Source of the DNA: Hydrurus foetidus | Lineage: Eukaryota | Length of the DNA: 64,000 nucleotides | Assembly (NCBI GenBank): GCA_900617105.1 | Contig: UYFQ01000001.1 | Coordinates: 3,410,001-3,474,000, forward strand | Direction: 5' to 3' | Shown: positions 31,542 to 41,914 of the stretch, piece by piece | Layout: the number at the start of each line of letters is the position of its first letter | Numbering within the stretch: position 1 is the stretch's first letter | Made by a program: the position numbers and the translations under genes | Notes under the pieces: generated by a model | What the model saw: only the letters and a program-made list of their open reading frames with translations | What the model was told of the DNA's origin: nothing | Database searches by the model: none

Positions 31542-32179
31542 AAACTATTTTTGCTGTCTTGGCAGTGTCAGCTTTGCTTGCAGGGTGCGTTACGCAGCCA
31601 ACAAAAAAAGACATGACCGCATTTCGTGAGTCTGCGCCGCGTTCAATCCTTGTGGTGCCCACCATCAATAAGTCCCTGGATGTTGATGCACCCAACTACG
31701 TTCTGGCGACACTGCCGGTACCCATAGCTGAAAAGGGATATTACGTATTTCCTGTCAACACAACCAAATACGTGTTGGAGCAAGAGGGCTTTTATGAGGG
31801 CGAGCGCATACACCAGCAACCCACCGAGAGTTTGGCAAAGCTCTTTGGCGCAGATGCCGTGCTGTACGTTTCAATCAATCAATGGGATGCAAAGTACGCA
31901 CTCATCAGTGCCGTGGTGACGGTTGATTTCGACTACAGACTCGTCTCAAAAAACGGGGTCGAGTTGTGGAAGGAAAACAAACGTTTACAGTACTCTCCGC
32001 AAAATAACGGTTCTGGCTCGTTGGCTGCGGTGTTGATTACTGCTGTTGTAAATGCGGCAATAGCAAGGGCTGCGCCGAACTACATGCCACTTACCCGCCA
32101 GGCCAATGCTGAGGTTTTTACTTTAGGTGTGAATCCGCTCATCGACGGGCCTTACCGCACAACAGCAACTAAGCCTTAA
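31538..32179 (+). CDS. DUF799/GNA1162-like lipoprotein
   Basis: LAGC, PRSILVVP..NKS, AEKGYYVFPV, FGADAVLY, GPY. Confidence 0.85.
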   Translation: MKTIFAVLAVSALLAGCVTQPTKKDMTAFRESAPRSILVVPTINKSLDVDAPNYVLATLPVPIAEKGYYVFPVNTTKYVLEQEGFYEGERIHQQPTESLAKLFGADAVLYVSINQWDAKYALISAVVTVDFDYRLVSKNGVELWKENKRLQYSPQNNGSGSLAAVLITAVVNAAIARAAPNYMPLTRQANAEVFTLGVNPLIDGPYRTTATKP

Positions 32180-32282
32180 ATTCCTGAAGATTCAGATTCA
32201 GATTCAGATTCAATTGTTTGAGCTCAAAAAATGAGTTCTCCGGCGATTGGATCGGGGCTCACGTGCAATGGAGCACATAGGT

Positions 32283-32615
32283 GGCCACGCATGGGGCGAC
32301 ATGGCCATCTTGTGCGCTGACTGGAAGACGATGGACACCTGCGCAGACGCATTGCACCAACGCAGGCTGCCCTTCAATGTGCGCAAACGCTCAGGCGACT
32401 ACAACCCCAGCGCAGACGCCATACAAATCATGACCATGAAGGTCAGCAAAGGCCTGGAGTTTCCCGTGGTTGCACTGCCGGGTGTGGGGCACATGCCTGC
32501 CGTGGGTGAGGACGAGCAGGAGGCGGCTCGGGTGTTTTATGTGGCTGCGACTAGGGCCACGCAGCTGTTGGTGATTGGGGCCGGGGGCGATGCGAAATTC
32601 GGGGGGAAATTATGA
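32283..32615 (+). pseudogene. UvrD-like helicase 3' fragment, copy C
   Basis: GHAWGDMAILC..MTMKVSKGLEFPVV..FYVAATRATQLL. Confidence 0.88.
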
Positions 32616-33041
32616 AATCAGCGGAGAGTGATGTGATATTAAAAGACCTGACCCCGGGACCTGAAGGCATTCGAGGAGTTGCATAGCGCACAGGGGCACC
32701 TAGATTTGCAGCGTGCCCGGGCAGCTTGCGCCTGGCTAGGGTTGATTGTCAGTAACGATGCCTTTAACTCGTCAATTCTTAAGGCCCACCAAGAAGCCTG
32801 TAGCAGTGCTGGCATCCCGAAAGATGTTGCCGAAGGTGTCGGGTGGCTGTGTGTTGGGCTGACAAACGCGCTTGCGAATTCGCCCCTGACTGAACCTGTC
32901 GCGGAAAAGGTCGGCAATCCTGCACATTTCAAGTTTTCGGGCTTACAAAAACTCCTTGGGCGGAGTCGGTAGCCAGCAATGGAGACGAAACAATTGGGCC
33001 AGGCGGGAATGATTAAGTGTCAGCAAATCCGCTGACCTGAC

Positions 33042-33614
33042 TCAATTGTTCGGCAACTTTACCGACGTAGCCTTTTCAGGCTTTTTGGTTCGAGTCTTCT
33101 TTACAGGTACGAGCGCAAGCTTTTGCTGCTTTGCCGCTTCAGGAAGTTCAAGTTCCTGAATGGTCATCCCCTGCATCCCTATGCGAAGCGCATTGTTTCG
33201 CACCGATCCGTCGCCAGAAATTACAAGGGCGGCGCCCAAGCTCTTGCCAATCGCGACAATTTGCCGGTCAACCTTGATCTTCTGCCATGGGGCAATCGTT
33301 TCGTCTTTCTTGTCGCCCATGTTTCGTGCGGCGCGATCAACCTGTGCGAGCTCAAATGCGGCCGCGCGATTGAAGTCGGCCATTATTAAAAAGGTCTTCC
33401 TGTCTAACCGGTTCAGAAACTCCACGCCGGCGAGATCCGCGCCCACCAAGAACTCTGCAATTGCTGGCATCGGAAAAACAATCTTCGACTTCGCTTTCTC
33501 AGCGCAATCCATGAAGTGATCAATGCGGGCTCGGTCGTCAGAATTTGTCTTTGGCGAGACGTACGCGACGATGAAATTCGCGTCAACAAGAATGACTTTT
33601 GGCAGTGCTTTCAA
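33042..33614 (-). CDS. PIN-like domain protein
   Basis: ILVDANF, P.PAIAEFLVG, KIKVDRQIVAI, ISGD. Confidence 0.75.
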   Translation of the reverse strand: MKALPKVILVDANFIVAYVSPKTNSDDRARIDHFMDCAEKAKSKIVFPMPAIAEFLVGADLAGVEFLNRLDRKTFLIMADFNRAAAFELAQVDRAARNMGDKKDETIAPWQKIKVDRQIVAIGKSLGAALVISGDGSVRNNALRIGMQGMTIQELELPEAAKQQKLALVPVKKTRTKKPEKATSVKLPNN

Positions 33615-34354
33615 TGGAGCCCCCGAATGTCTTCCCAGTTAGCAATCGGGTCAGCAAGCTCACGCCATCCGTTCCCTTTTACCCGCGCAGCTGCAGCAAG
33701 AATCTGGCTGATTGGTGTGTCTTCTAATGCTTCATATCGCTGAACTGTGCACTTTGATGCCTCAGGTGACCAACCGTTTTCAGTTCTGATCCAAGTGCCA
33801 CGGACCAACACGCGGATGAATCCGATGCGGAAATGCGTCAAGATATCTCGTGCAAGGACCTCGTCCCGAATGTTGAGTTTCAGTCCTCGGTCAAAATGAT
33901 CTCGGAGGTGCAGATGCATCGTATCGTCCGCACCGACCAAGCCAGTTACAACGCCATCAACCCAACTCTCTTGAAAGAGTCGTTCCGCATTTTCATCCTC
34001 TTGCTTGTGGCCGAAGACTAGGTAAATGACGTTGTCGCGTTCATCCAAGATTTGCGCTTCGGCAATTGCGTCTACACCAAGCATTTCCTCAATCGCATGA
34101 AGGTGTCGTGCTGACTTGCTACTTGGATCGTTCTTTGCTTGTTTGATGCGCTCACGGCAGAAAGGCGTGCGATCTGGAGGTGTAAACGCGCGCAACCCTG
34201 TACTGGCCTTTTTGATTCCGCGAAAAACAGGTTTATTTTCTGCGCCCAGCAACGCGGCGAACTCGACTATGTATTCACCCAGCCGAGACATCGGCATTGC
34301 GTCGGGGTCCCGACGCATGATGCGGAGCATGAATGAGTGGGTCTTTTGAGCCAT
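33611..34354 (-). CDS. Hypothetical protein translationally coupled to the PIN-like gene
   Basis: 247-aa ORF with a 4-bp overlap; P..MPMSRLGEY..FA.LLG. Confidence 0.75.
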   Translation of the reverse strand: MAQKTHSFMLRIMRRDPDAMPMSRLGEYIVEFAALLGAENKPVFRGIKKASTGLRAFTPPDRTPFCRERIKQAKNDPSSKSARHLHAIEEMLGVDAIAEAQILDERDNVIYLVFGHKQEDENAERLFQESWVDGVVTGLVGADDTMHLHLRDHFDRGLKLNIRDEVLARDILTHFRIGFIRVLVRGTWIRTENGWSPEASKCTVQRYEALEDTPISQILAAAARVKGNGWRELADPIANWEDIRGLH

Positions 34355-34604
34355 GCGCTACTGTAATCCACAAGAGGCCGTGGGTCAGCTCTGCAATCAT
34401 GCATCGGGTGACAGTCGCGGTCAGACTTCAATTGTTTTACCCTGCAAATCGTATTCCCAAACCTTTCCAGGCGATTTTCACCTATAAAAAGTGCCGTCAT
34501 GCCAATAAATACGGGCGCAAACAGCTCCTAAATATGTAGCAATAGATCATCAGAATCCAGACTTCCTGGCTCTCGCCCTCGGCCCCACAACCCGCCCGTC
34601 CAGC

Positions 34605-34850
34605 TTACGGCCTCACCAGCAAAGGCTTCACCAAGCCTTTCGCAGCCCCAGGCGCCAGGTAGTTTTGCTTTGACGCCACCGGCTTGCCGCTTTGGCTTTC
34701 CAGCTGTTTGCGCGCCTGCTTGGCGATGCCGCCGCCTGCTTTGGCTGCGGTGATGTTTTCAGGCGGCCCAGTAGCGTCCATCGTCTCGGCAATCTGGCGG
34801 GTTGACAGCTCAGCCAGTGCGGTAAATATGAGTTCGGCCTCGGTCATGTG
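34605..34850 (-). pseudogene. C-terminal fragment of a BRO-N/antirepressor-like protein
   Basis: HMTEAELIFTALAELSTRQIA..GG.IAK.AR..LE; no N-terminus. Confidence 0.65.
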
Positions 34851-34993
34851 AAAAATTGAGGACACAGAGCAGGTTGTGGGACTTGGGGTAAGACCCTCAT
34901 ACTTTTACTAAGCACACACCTCATGTGGCGCAACCAGAATAGTGATTGCATAAAATGATTGCAAAATAGAAAAATCTAAACCATAATGCAATT

Positions 34994-35248
34994 ATGAACA
35001 GCAAGCATAAGAAGACGCTTTCCATCGTGTTTGCCAAGCCTGTCACCGCGTCTTTGGATTGGGCGCATATTGAAGCGCTGTTCAGTGCACTTGGGGCGCA
35101 GACGATTGAGGGTAATGGCTCACGGGTTCGATTCATTTTGAACAATGTGGTCGGCACTTTTCACAGGCCGCACCCCGCCAAAGAAGCCAAACCTTACCAA
35201 GTGGTCGATGCGCGGCGGTTTTTAGAGCAAGCGGGTATCAAGCATTAA
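34994..35248 (+). CDS. hicA: HicA family toxin
   Basis: W..IEALF.ALG..EGNGSRVRF..FHRPHP.KE. Confidence 0.9.
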   Translation: MNSKHKKTLSIVFAKPVTASLDWAHIEALFSALGAQTIEGNGSRVRFILNNVVGTFHRPHPAKEAKPYQVVDARRFLEQAGIKH

Positions 35249-35298
35249 TGAGCCAGAGTGACTACCCAGCATTGAAATAAATTGAAAGATCAAGCACC

Positions 35299-35631
35299 AT
35301 GAACACCATGCAATTCAAAGGCTACGCAGCCCAAATCAGCTACAGCGATGACGACGCCTGCTTTATTGGCCATGTCGCGGGCATCACTGACATCGTTGGC
35401 TTTCATGCTGACAACGTGGCTGAGCTTCGTGCGGCTTTTGAAGAAGCCGTGACCGACTACCTAGCCACCTGCGAAAAAGCAGGGCGCAACCCGCAAAAAC
35501 CTGCCAGCGGCAAACTGATGTTGCGTGTACCGCCTGAAGTACATAGCGCAGCGCTGGTGGCCGCTCAGGTCAAGGGCCAGAGCCTGAACCAGTGGGCTAG
35601 CAATGCGCTGCGTGAAGCTGCGCATGCTTGA
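35299..35631 (+). CDS. hicB: HicB family antitoxin
   Basis: FKGY.A.I, F..AV.DYL, SGKLMLRV.PEVH, SLNQW. Confidence 0.9.
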   Translation: MNTMQFKGYAAQISYSDDDACFIGHVAGITDIVGFHADNVAELRAAFEEAVTDYLATCEKAGRNPQKPASGKLMLRVPPEVHSAALVAAQVKGQSLNQWASNALREAAHA

Positions 35632-35936
35632 TGATTTTTAAATGCTCTGCTTTTAATAGCTTCTAGCGCACATATCTATTGGCTTAGAGTCCGATTTGAC
35701 CCTCGAAAATGGGGAAGAATCGGTGTTTGACTCCCATTCTTTTTCCAGACCCGCACATTCTCAAGGCTTAAAAACCTGAACCTCCAGCCCTGGCAATGCC
35801 GCAAAGTGCTTGGTATTGGCGGTGAGCAAGGGCAGGCAATAGCTGATGGCTGTTGCGGCAATCAGCGCGTCGGCCATGTACAGGCTGCAAACGGTCAATG
35901 GCATCAAAAGAGCGCCGGTTGTCTGTCAAAAACATG

Positions 35937-37273
35937 TCACACCAGGCGAAGGGCAAGCATGGTGCAGTCATCTTCCAGAACGTCCGTCGCCGTGAAGTCA
36001 GACACCTGGGCCCGCACATAGTCGAGCAGATCACCAGAGGCCTGCGGTGGCCTGCCGTCCAGTATCTGGAGGCAACGCTCCTCGGTGAAAGCCTCTTCTT
36101 GTGCGTTGTGCGCTTCAGTCACGCCGCCTGTGTAGCAAAACAGGGTTTCCTGATGACCGATTTGCATCTCCATCGAGCTGTAGGTGCAACCTGCAAAGGC
36201 GCCGACCAGCGGGCCCTTCGGGATGGGCAGCATGCGTGAGCGCCCCGGGTGCAGGAGCATGGGCGCGAAGTGGCCGCCATTTGAATAAACGATTTTTCTT
36301 TTGGGGATATCGAGAATTCCACAGAACACGGTGACAAAAATATTGGCTTCGTTGCCTTCACAGAGCCGCGTATTGAGCTCGCTTAGCAGGGTGTGCGGCT
36401 CGGTGATGCCCATGGCCAAAACGCGTATCAGCCCAATGGCCCGGGCCATGAAAAGCGCGGAGGCAATACCGTGACGGGAAACATCGGCAATGCAGAAAAA
36501 CAACGGGTCTTCCCGCACAAAAAAGCATCGAAAAAATCGCCGTCTACAGCAGACGCGGGCTCCATGAATCCACAGATGTCCAGGTCATCTCGATGCCCGA
36601 ACAGGGGGCGTTGCAGTGGCACCCTACTTATCTGTAATTGACGCGCAATTTGCAGTTCCTTATTCAGGTGCTCCACCTCCAGTTGACTGCGTTGTGCCAA
36701 CAAGGCTTGTTCCTTCGACTTTCGTACCCGGTCGCTCAAAATGCCGCGAAAATTTTCGGCGACGCCATTGAGGATCATCAGATCGCCCCAGAAAACCGCT
36801 TGCGGAATGCATAGAGCCTGCGCCTCGGTTGTCGCCATCACGAGGGTTGACACAGGTTTGCCATCAATCGCCGACAACTCGCCGATGCATTGACCGAGTG
36901 GAATCATCAAAGGCGCATGCAGCCTGCTCAGGTAACCAAGGTGAGCGACAACTGTGCCACTGAGCGCAATGTAAACGTTGCGGTTGCTTTGACCGGGCAT
37001 TAGCAGAGGCGTGTTAGCAGGAACTTCAAGCAACTCGCATACCTGTAGCGCTGCTTGTAACGCCTTTGGGGGTGCATCCGTCACAGACGGGCCACCATGG
37101 GTGACGCAGTTGGCAAGCACTTCATTGAGGCACAAGTCGATGCGGTGAATCACAGTTTCAGGAATGCTCCACTCAGTCGCGTGCGAGTTCAGCCACGCCG
37201 ACGCCCGCCGCAAAACCGACAACTGCGCCGGTACTTCAAGCTCAACGCTGCGGGTTGCAAAAAGGGCTTCCAT
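35937..37273 (-). pseudogene. Disrupted anti-sigma kinase fragment / cNMP-binding / PP2C (SpoIIE) phosphatase
   Basis: N-terminal LCLNEVLANCVTHG; cNMP-type GELSAIDG; PP2C GDFFD then IADVS.HG..DDCT in another frame, with the frameshift at an A6 run (36519-36524). Confidence 0.8.
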
Positions 37274-37301
37274 GATGTCCTGCTGGGGTCCTGCTGGAGC
37301 C

Positions 37302-37646
37302 CTATTCCAGCGCCGCGCGGTCTGCCAGCGCAGCGTTGATTAATGTAGGAATCAGCGTATCAATGCCGGTTGTCTCAAGCGTTTTGAGCACCGCCTTGTT
37401 GTCCCCCACAAAGATAACCATGCGCCCGCCGCGCTGCTGAATCAGCTTTGCATTGGTGATGAGTTCGCGTATCCCGAACGACACCAGAAAGTTTACGCCG
37501 CTCAGGTCCACAACGACCTGGCGATGGGTACCTACCGAGAGTTCATTGAATGTTTCGGATATGGCGTCGATGCCGGGCATGTCCAGCCGGCCGGTCAAGC
37601 GGATATGGCGCAGTGTCTCATCGGCATCGTCAAAGGTAATTGGCAT
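37302..37646 (-). CDS. STAS anti-sigma-factor antagonist
   Basis: LTGRLD, VVVDLSGVNFLVSFGIR. Confidence 0.85.
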   Translation of the reverse strand: MPITFDDADETLRHIRLTGRLDMPGIDAISETFNELSVGTHRQVVVDLSGVNFLVSFGIRELITNAKLIQQRGGRMVIFVGDNKAVLKTLETTGIDTLIPTLINAALADRAALE

Positions 37647-37732
37647 GGTTTGGTTGGCTGAAATTGGCCGCAGGACAGCGCTATATTTTGATGAGTACCC
37701 CAATATTCTGGAATAAATTACGTTTTGCATTG

Positions 37733-37779
37733 CAGTCAACCACAGTCAACCACAGTCAACCACAGTCAACCACAGTCAA
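37733..37779. repeat. 10-bp tandem repeat (CACAGTCAAC, ~4.7 copies) between divergent STAS genes
   Basis: Read directly from the sequence. Confidence 0.95.
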
Positions 37780-37840
37780 GCGAATGACTTCGTGGCCCGA
37801 ACCTGCGGTTTGTTGTGCTTTTTTTAAAGGAATATTAGCC

Positions 37841-38191
37841 ATGTCAATCAACTTTCAGGACGTTGGGAAAGATCTTCGCCGCATCACGATTTCGGGCCTT
37901 CTTGATATGGAGGGAACCGAAGCGCTTGCAGCGCACTTGATGGAGTTGGTCAACGCCCCGAAGAAGGGCGTGGTGATCTACCTCACCAGCGTGAGATTTC
38001 TTGCCTCTGTGGGCATCCGCATTCTGGTCGCCAGTGCCAGTGCCAAGGCCGTGCAAGAGCGCGGCGCAAAGCTGGTGCTTGTGGTGTCTCGGGGTTCGTC
38101 GGTGGCCATGAGTCTTGACGCTACCGGTGTTAATGGCTTCATACCGGTTTTTGCCAACGGCTCAGACGCCGAGAAAGCCGCCCTTGGGTGA
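37841..38191 (+). CDS. STAS anti-sigma-factor antagonist
   Basis: ISGLLD, LTSVRFLASVGIR; AAGGA RBS. Confidence 0.82.
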   Translation: MSINFQDVGKDLRRITISGLLDMEGTEALAAHLMELVNAPKKGVVIYLTSVRFLASVGIRILVASASAKAVQERGAKLVLVVSRGSSVAMSLDATGVNGFIPVFANGSDAEKAALG

Positions 38192-38341
38192 GAAGTTGAG
38201 CAATTGAGCAGGTGAGCAGTTAAGCACTTGAGCTGCGCTTTGTCCTGCATTGCTCAGCCCAGGTTCAATCGGTTGACCAGTTATTGCCAGCACGCACCTG
38301 GGCTTGGCGCGAACTCATGGGTGTGCTGAGCGCACCACTGC

Positions 38342-39625
38342 TTAAAGCTGCGAGCTCAAGACCGAAGCCACCCATTCTTTCGCTTTTTCCTTGAGTGGGC
38401 GATTAGTCCACTCTTCAAATGTCACGCGGCGCGATCGTTTCAAGTCTTCTTCAAAAATCGCTGATTGCCGGGTTGCCATGGCAACGTCATAAATATTCAG
38501 GTTGGCCTCATCGTTCAACCGGAACGACCGGCTGTCGAAATTGGTTGAGCCGACCGAAACGATGAGGTTGTCAACAATCATGACTTTGCAGTGGTACATC
38601 GTCGGCTGGTATTCGTATATCTCCAGACCTGCTGCCAGCAGCGGTCCCCAGGTCTGCCGCGACGCTGAGCGCACTGTCTCTGTATCAGTAATAGGCCCTG
38701 GGGTGATGAGCATCACGCGCACGCCTCTCTTCACAGCATTCATCAAAATCTGCTGACTCAAGTCGTCGGGCACGAAGTACGCCATTGACAGGTCCACCGT
38801 TTTTTCTGCTGCAGTCAGTGCCAGGTGGTACATCAGTGCCATGTTGTCGCTGCCACTGCTGGGCGAGCTGAAAAACATTTGGGCAGAGCTTTGTCCAGCG
38901 GCTTGAAGCTGCGGAAAATAGGCATCGCCATGCAAAACCTGGCCCGACACTTTGATCCAGTTGTCCATGAAGGTGGTTTGCATTTGCGCAACGACTGGCC
39001 CCGCCACCCGAAAGTGTGAATCGCGCCAGTGGTCCGCATCCTGGGCTGCACCCTCCCAGGTGGGGGCAATGCCAACGCCGCCGGTAAATCCCACAGCGCC
39101 GTCAAAAATCAACAGCTTGCGGTGCGTGCGGTTATTAAGCCGGGCAAAGTTGTACCAAACAGGTTTGTGAAATTTGCGTACATCACCACCAGCATCTTTG
39201 ATTTTTTTAAGCAGGGCTTCGTCCATCTTGCCGCTGCCTACCCAGTCGATCAACACATGCACCTTGACACCGGCGCGCGCCCGCTCGGCCAGCGCATCGG
39301 CAAACTGTGACCCGATATTGCCTGACCAGTAAATATACGTTTCGAAGGTGATTGGTTTTTTCGCGCTGCGAATGGCCTGCAGCATAGACGGGAAAATCTG
39401 GTCTCTGTTCAATAACTCTTGAACCTGATTACCGCCAACAATGCCGGGCCCTAAAAGGCCGCCCATGGCGCGCATGAGCTGCGGGTCACTGGCTGAATAC
39501 AGTCTCGGCAGTTGCTGGTTGATCTTTTTCTCGCCAGCTGAAAAATTCAATGCGATGAGCAAGCCAGCCGCAGTGACACCAGCAACCGCAATGGCAACCC
39601 AGAAGGTTCGAAAATTTTTATGCAT
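38342..39625 (-). CDS. Cardiolipin synthase-like phospholipase D
   Basis: Two HKD motifs (HRKLLIFD, HCKVMIVD), GSTNFD.RS. Confidence 0.92.
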   Translation of the reverse strand: MHKNFRTFWVAIAVAGVTAAGLLIALNFSAGEKKINQQLPRLYSASDPQLMRAMGGLLGPGIVGGNQVQELLNRDQIFPSMLQAIRSAKKPITFETYIYWSGNIGSQFADALAERARAGVKVHVLIDWVGSGKMDEALLKKIKDAGGDVRKFHKPVWYNFARLNNRTHRKLLIFDGAVGFTGGVGIAPTWEGAAQDADHWRDSHFRVAGPVVAQMQTTFMDNWIKVSGQVLHGDAYFPQLQAAGQSSAQMFFSSPSSGSDNMALMYHLALTAAEKTVDLSMAYFVPDDLSQQILMNAVKRGVRVMLITPGPITDTETVRSASRQTWGPLLAAGLEIYEYQPTMYHCKVMIVDNLIVSVGSTNFDSRSFRLNDEANLNIYDVAMATRQSAIFEEDLKRSRRVTFEEWTNRPLKEKAKEWVASVLSSQL

Positions 39626-40124
39626 GGCGCATTGTGGAGTTGTTGTTGCACGCCCTGGCGTTGAAAGTCACGGCAAGCGAATGTGCCGCACGTGAGTCAT
39701 ATGCATTTGCTGACATTTCAGCTTTGCGACACCAGGCCTGGAACGCCCCGAACGCCAATAGCCCTATTCGTTTCGTTTCCAGGCAAATTATCGAATAAAA
39801 AGTGCTTGCAGCCCAATATATACGGGCGCAAGCAGCTCTTTATTAAATAGCGGCTACTTTGCTGGAGAAACAATCAGGGTCAACCTCCAATTATTTTTTC
39901 TTGGTTAACGTCGGGCGAATTCTGCCAATTGCTTACACCTGCAGGCATTCAAGAGGTAGCACATTGCGGGGCCTGCGCCTGTGTTCGCTCGTCAAATGCA
40001 ATCCCAAACCCGGGGCAATATCGGTGTCACTGTTTTGACGTGTGAAATACGTACTGTCGGGACGATCAATCGCATTTTCGGTTGGCATGTTTGGGTCAGT
40101 GATGGCCGTCCCTTGGAGTTTTTT

Positions 40125-40541
40125 ATGCACGATATCGTAGACACGGCAGTTGCCGCAGGCTCGTTCACCACACTTGCTGCAGCAGTCACCGCTGCTGGCC
40201 TTGTTCCCACTTTAAAAGGTGCGGGTCCTTTCACTGTGTTCGCACCGACCGATGAAGCATTCGCCAAGCTGCCAGCTGGCACGGTTGACGCGTTGTTAAA
40301 AGACTTGCCAAAGTTGACCGCCATCCTGACTTACCACGTGGTGGCAGGCAAAGTAATGGCCGCTGACGTGATGACCATGGATGGCAAAGCCGCTGCAACC
40401 GTGAACGGCGCGCACATCAACATCAGCACCACCGGCGGCGTCATGCTGAACGGCGCATCCAAAGTCGTCAAAACCGACATTGAATGCACCAACGGCGTGA
40501 TTCACGTGATTGACGCGGTAATCATGCCGCCAGCGGCTTAA
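40125..40541 (+). CDS. Fasciclin (FAS1) domain protein without a signal peptide
   Basis: [26 protein letters not shown]. Confidence 0.93.
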   Translation: MHDIVDTAVAAGSFTTLAAAVTAAGLVPTLKGAGPFTVFAPTDEAFAKLPAGTVDALLKDLPKLTAILTYHVVAGKVMAADVMTMDGKAAATVNGAHINISTTGGVMLNGASKVVKTDIECTNGVIHVIDAVIMPPAA

Positions 40542-40601
40542 GTCTTAACGCCCAACGCTTATGTGCAGAAAACGCGCGCAGCATTTGCGTTAAACAGTAC
40601 C

Positions 40602-40632
40602 AAAGCCCGATGCGAAAGCGTCGGGCTTTTTT
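40602..40632 (+). terminator. Rho-independent terminator
   Basis: AAAGCCCGATGC-GAAA-GCGTCGGGCTTT stem followed by a T run. Confidence 0.9.
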
Positions 40633-40714
40633 ATTGTTTGGAAAATTGAAAAAAACTGTATTCAGATTGAGATGATTCGGTCTTCCTGCACGGCGCACAA
40701 CCTAAAATCAATAC

Positions 40715-41260
40715 AACCGTCTCACGCAACCAATCCGCAGTCAAAGCCAGGCCGCGCGACTCAAACGCAGCAATGAGCTCTTGCACTGACCGCGCAGGGT
40801 TCATTCAGCGGGAGAGCATTTTTTTGATGGCGCTCAGCGCGAGGATATTTCGTAATTGCAGTTGGTTAACAACGAATTCATCCGGGTGCTGCACTTTAAT
40901 GCCGTAGGGCTGCAAAACCGCTCGCGGAAAGTCCTTCAGGTTGAAGGTGACGATGGCATCTGCGTTGCCGACTATGGCTGCGGCTACAACGTGGCGGTCT
41001 TCCGCGTACGGTAACTCGACGCTACCCGCCAGCTTTTCGTGATTGGTCACCAGTCAGTCCGGCACGCTGGCTCACATTCACTCGACAACGGCCGGCAATC
41101 TGTCGGCAATTGCTGGCTTATTTTTGGCCAGGTTGCGCAGCCATTCCTCGTTGATAGTTGCGCTTCTCGGTGCGTGGTGGAGGTTCTCGCCGGTTTAGCT
41201 CAGAAACGTGTCGTGCAGCAACTGGGGTAAAGAACATTGGCATCAAGGATCATGGTGTTC
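40715..41260 (-). pseudogene. Frameshifted PIN-domain (VapC-like) relic
   Basis: LP..EDRHVVAAAI...DAIVTFNLKDFP..HPDEF; broken frames. Confidence 0.75.
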
Positions 41261-41914
41261 CGCACGGAGCCAGCCAATTAAAACTCCAGCCCCAACTCTT
41301 CAGCCAATTTGGTCAGGTCTTGCAAGGCCTGGCTTGTCCGTTAATGTTGTTCGGCTTGGTGCCGCCGCAGCTCTGCAAACTAAATACGGCAATGGCGATT
41401 GACTTTGCGGCATTTGAGTCTGATCGCTTCAATTTCTTTCATAACAAATGGCCGCGACACACTGAGAAAATTGGCAGCCTCTTGAGTGGTGAGCTCGGAC
41501 TGTGCCGGGCAATTGCGGGCACACCCCAATCGATTTCGCTCTCAAGCGATTTTCGTCATCAAAATCGACTGCAGCCCGATAAATAAGGGCGCGAGCAGTT
41601 TTAAAGTAAGTAGCGGTAGCCTGTCGATCAAGACGGCAAATGCCATCAGGAAAGTTCAGCCAATTGACCGGGCAAGTAGACGGTGGCGTCTTCAAAACGC
41701 TCGCCATAAGCCGGTCCAAAGTGGGCACCGTCACCCGTGACCGGCACATCGCAGGCTACACCGGTGCAACACAGGCGATGGCGCCTACCCAAACTCGGTC
41801 TTCCCGTGCCACCGTTAACTCACGGTCAAGCAACTCCGCCAAAGACAGCGGAAATACACCGCCAGCCGTAGCTGCTCTTAAAGTTGCTTAAAACAAACCG
41901 ACCGTGTGGTTCAG

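Noticed and set aside
32189..32212. (GATTCA)4 microsatellite
   Set aside because: Short and intergenic with no evident function
32639..32972. Two opposing 97-aa ORFs and a GACCTGACCCC REP-like half-site
   Set aside because: No family motifs, and only a partial palindrome
41158..41891. Several 60-140 aa ORFs
   Set aside because: No recognisable motifs or RBS, and they overlap one another; probably decayed sequence
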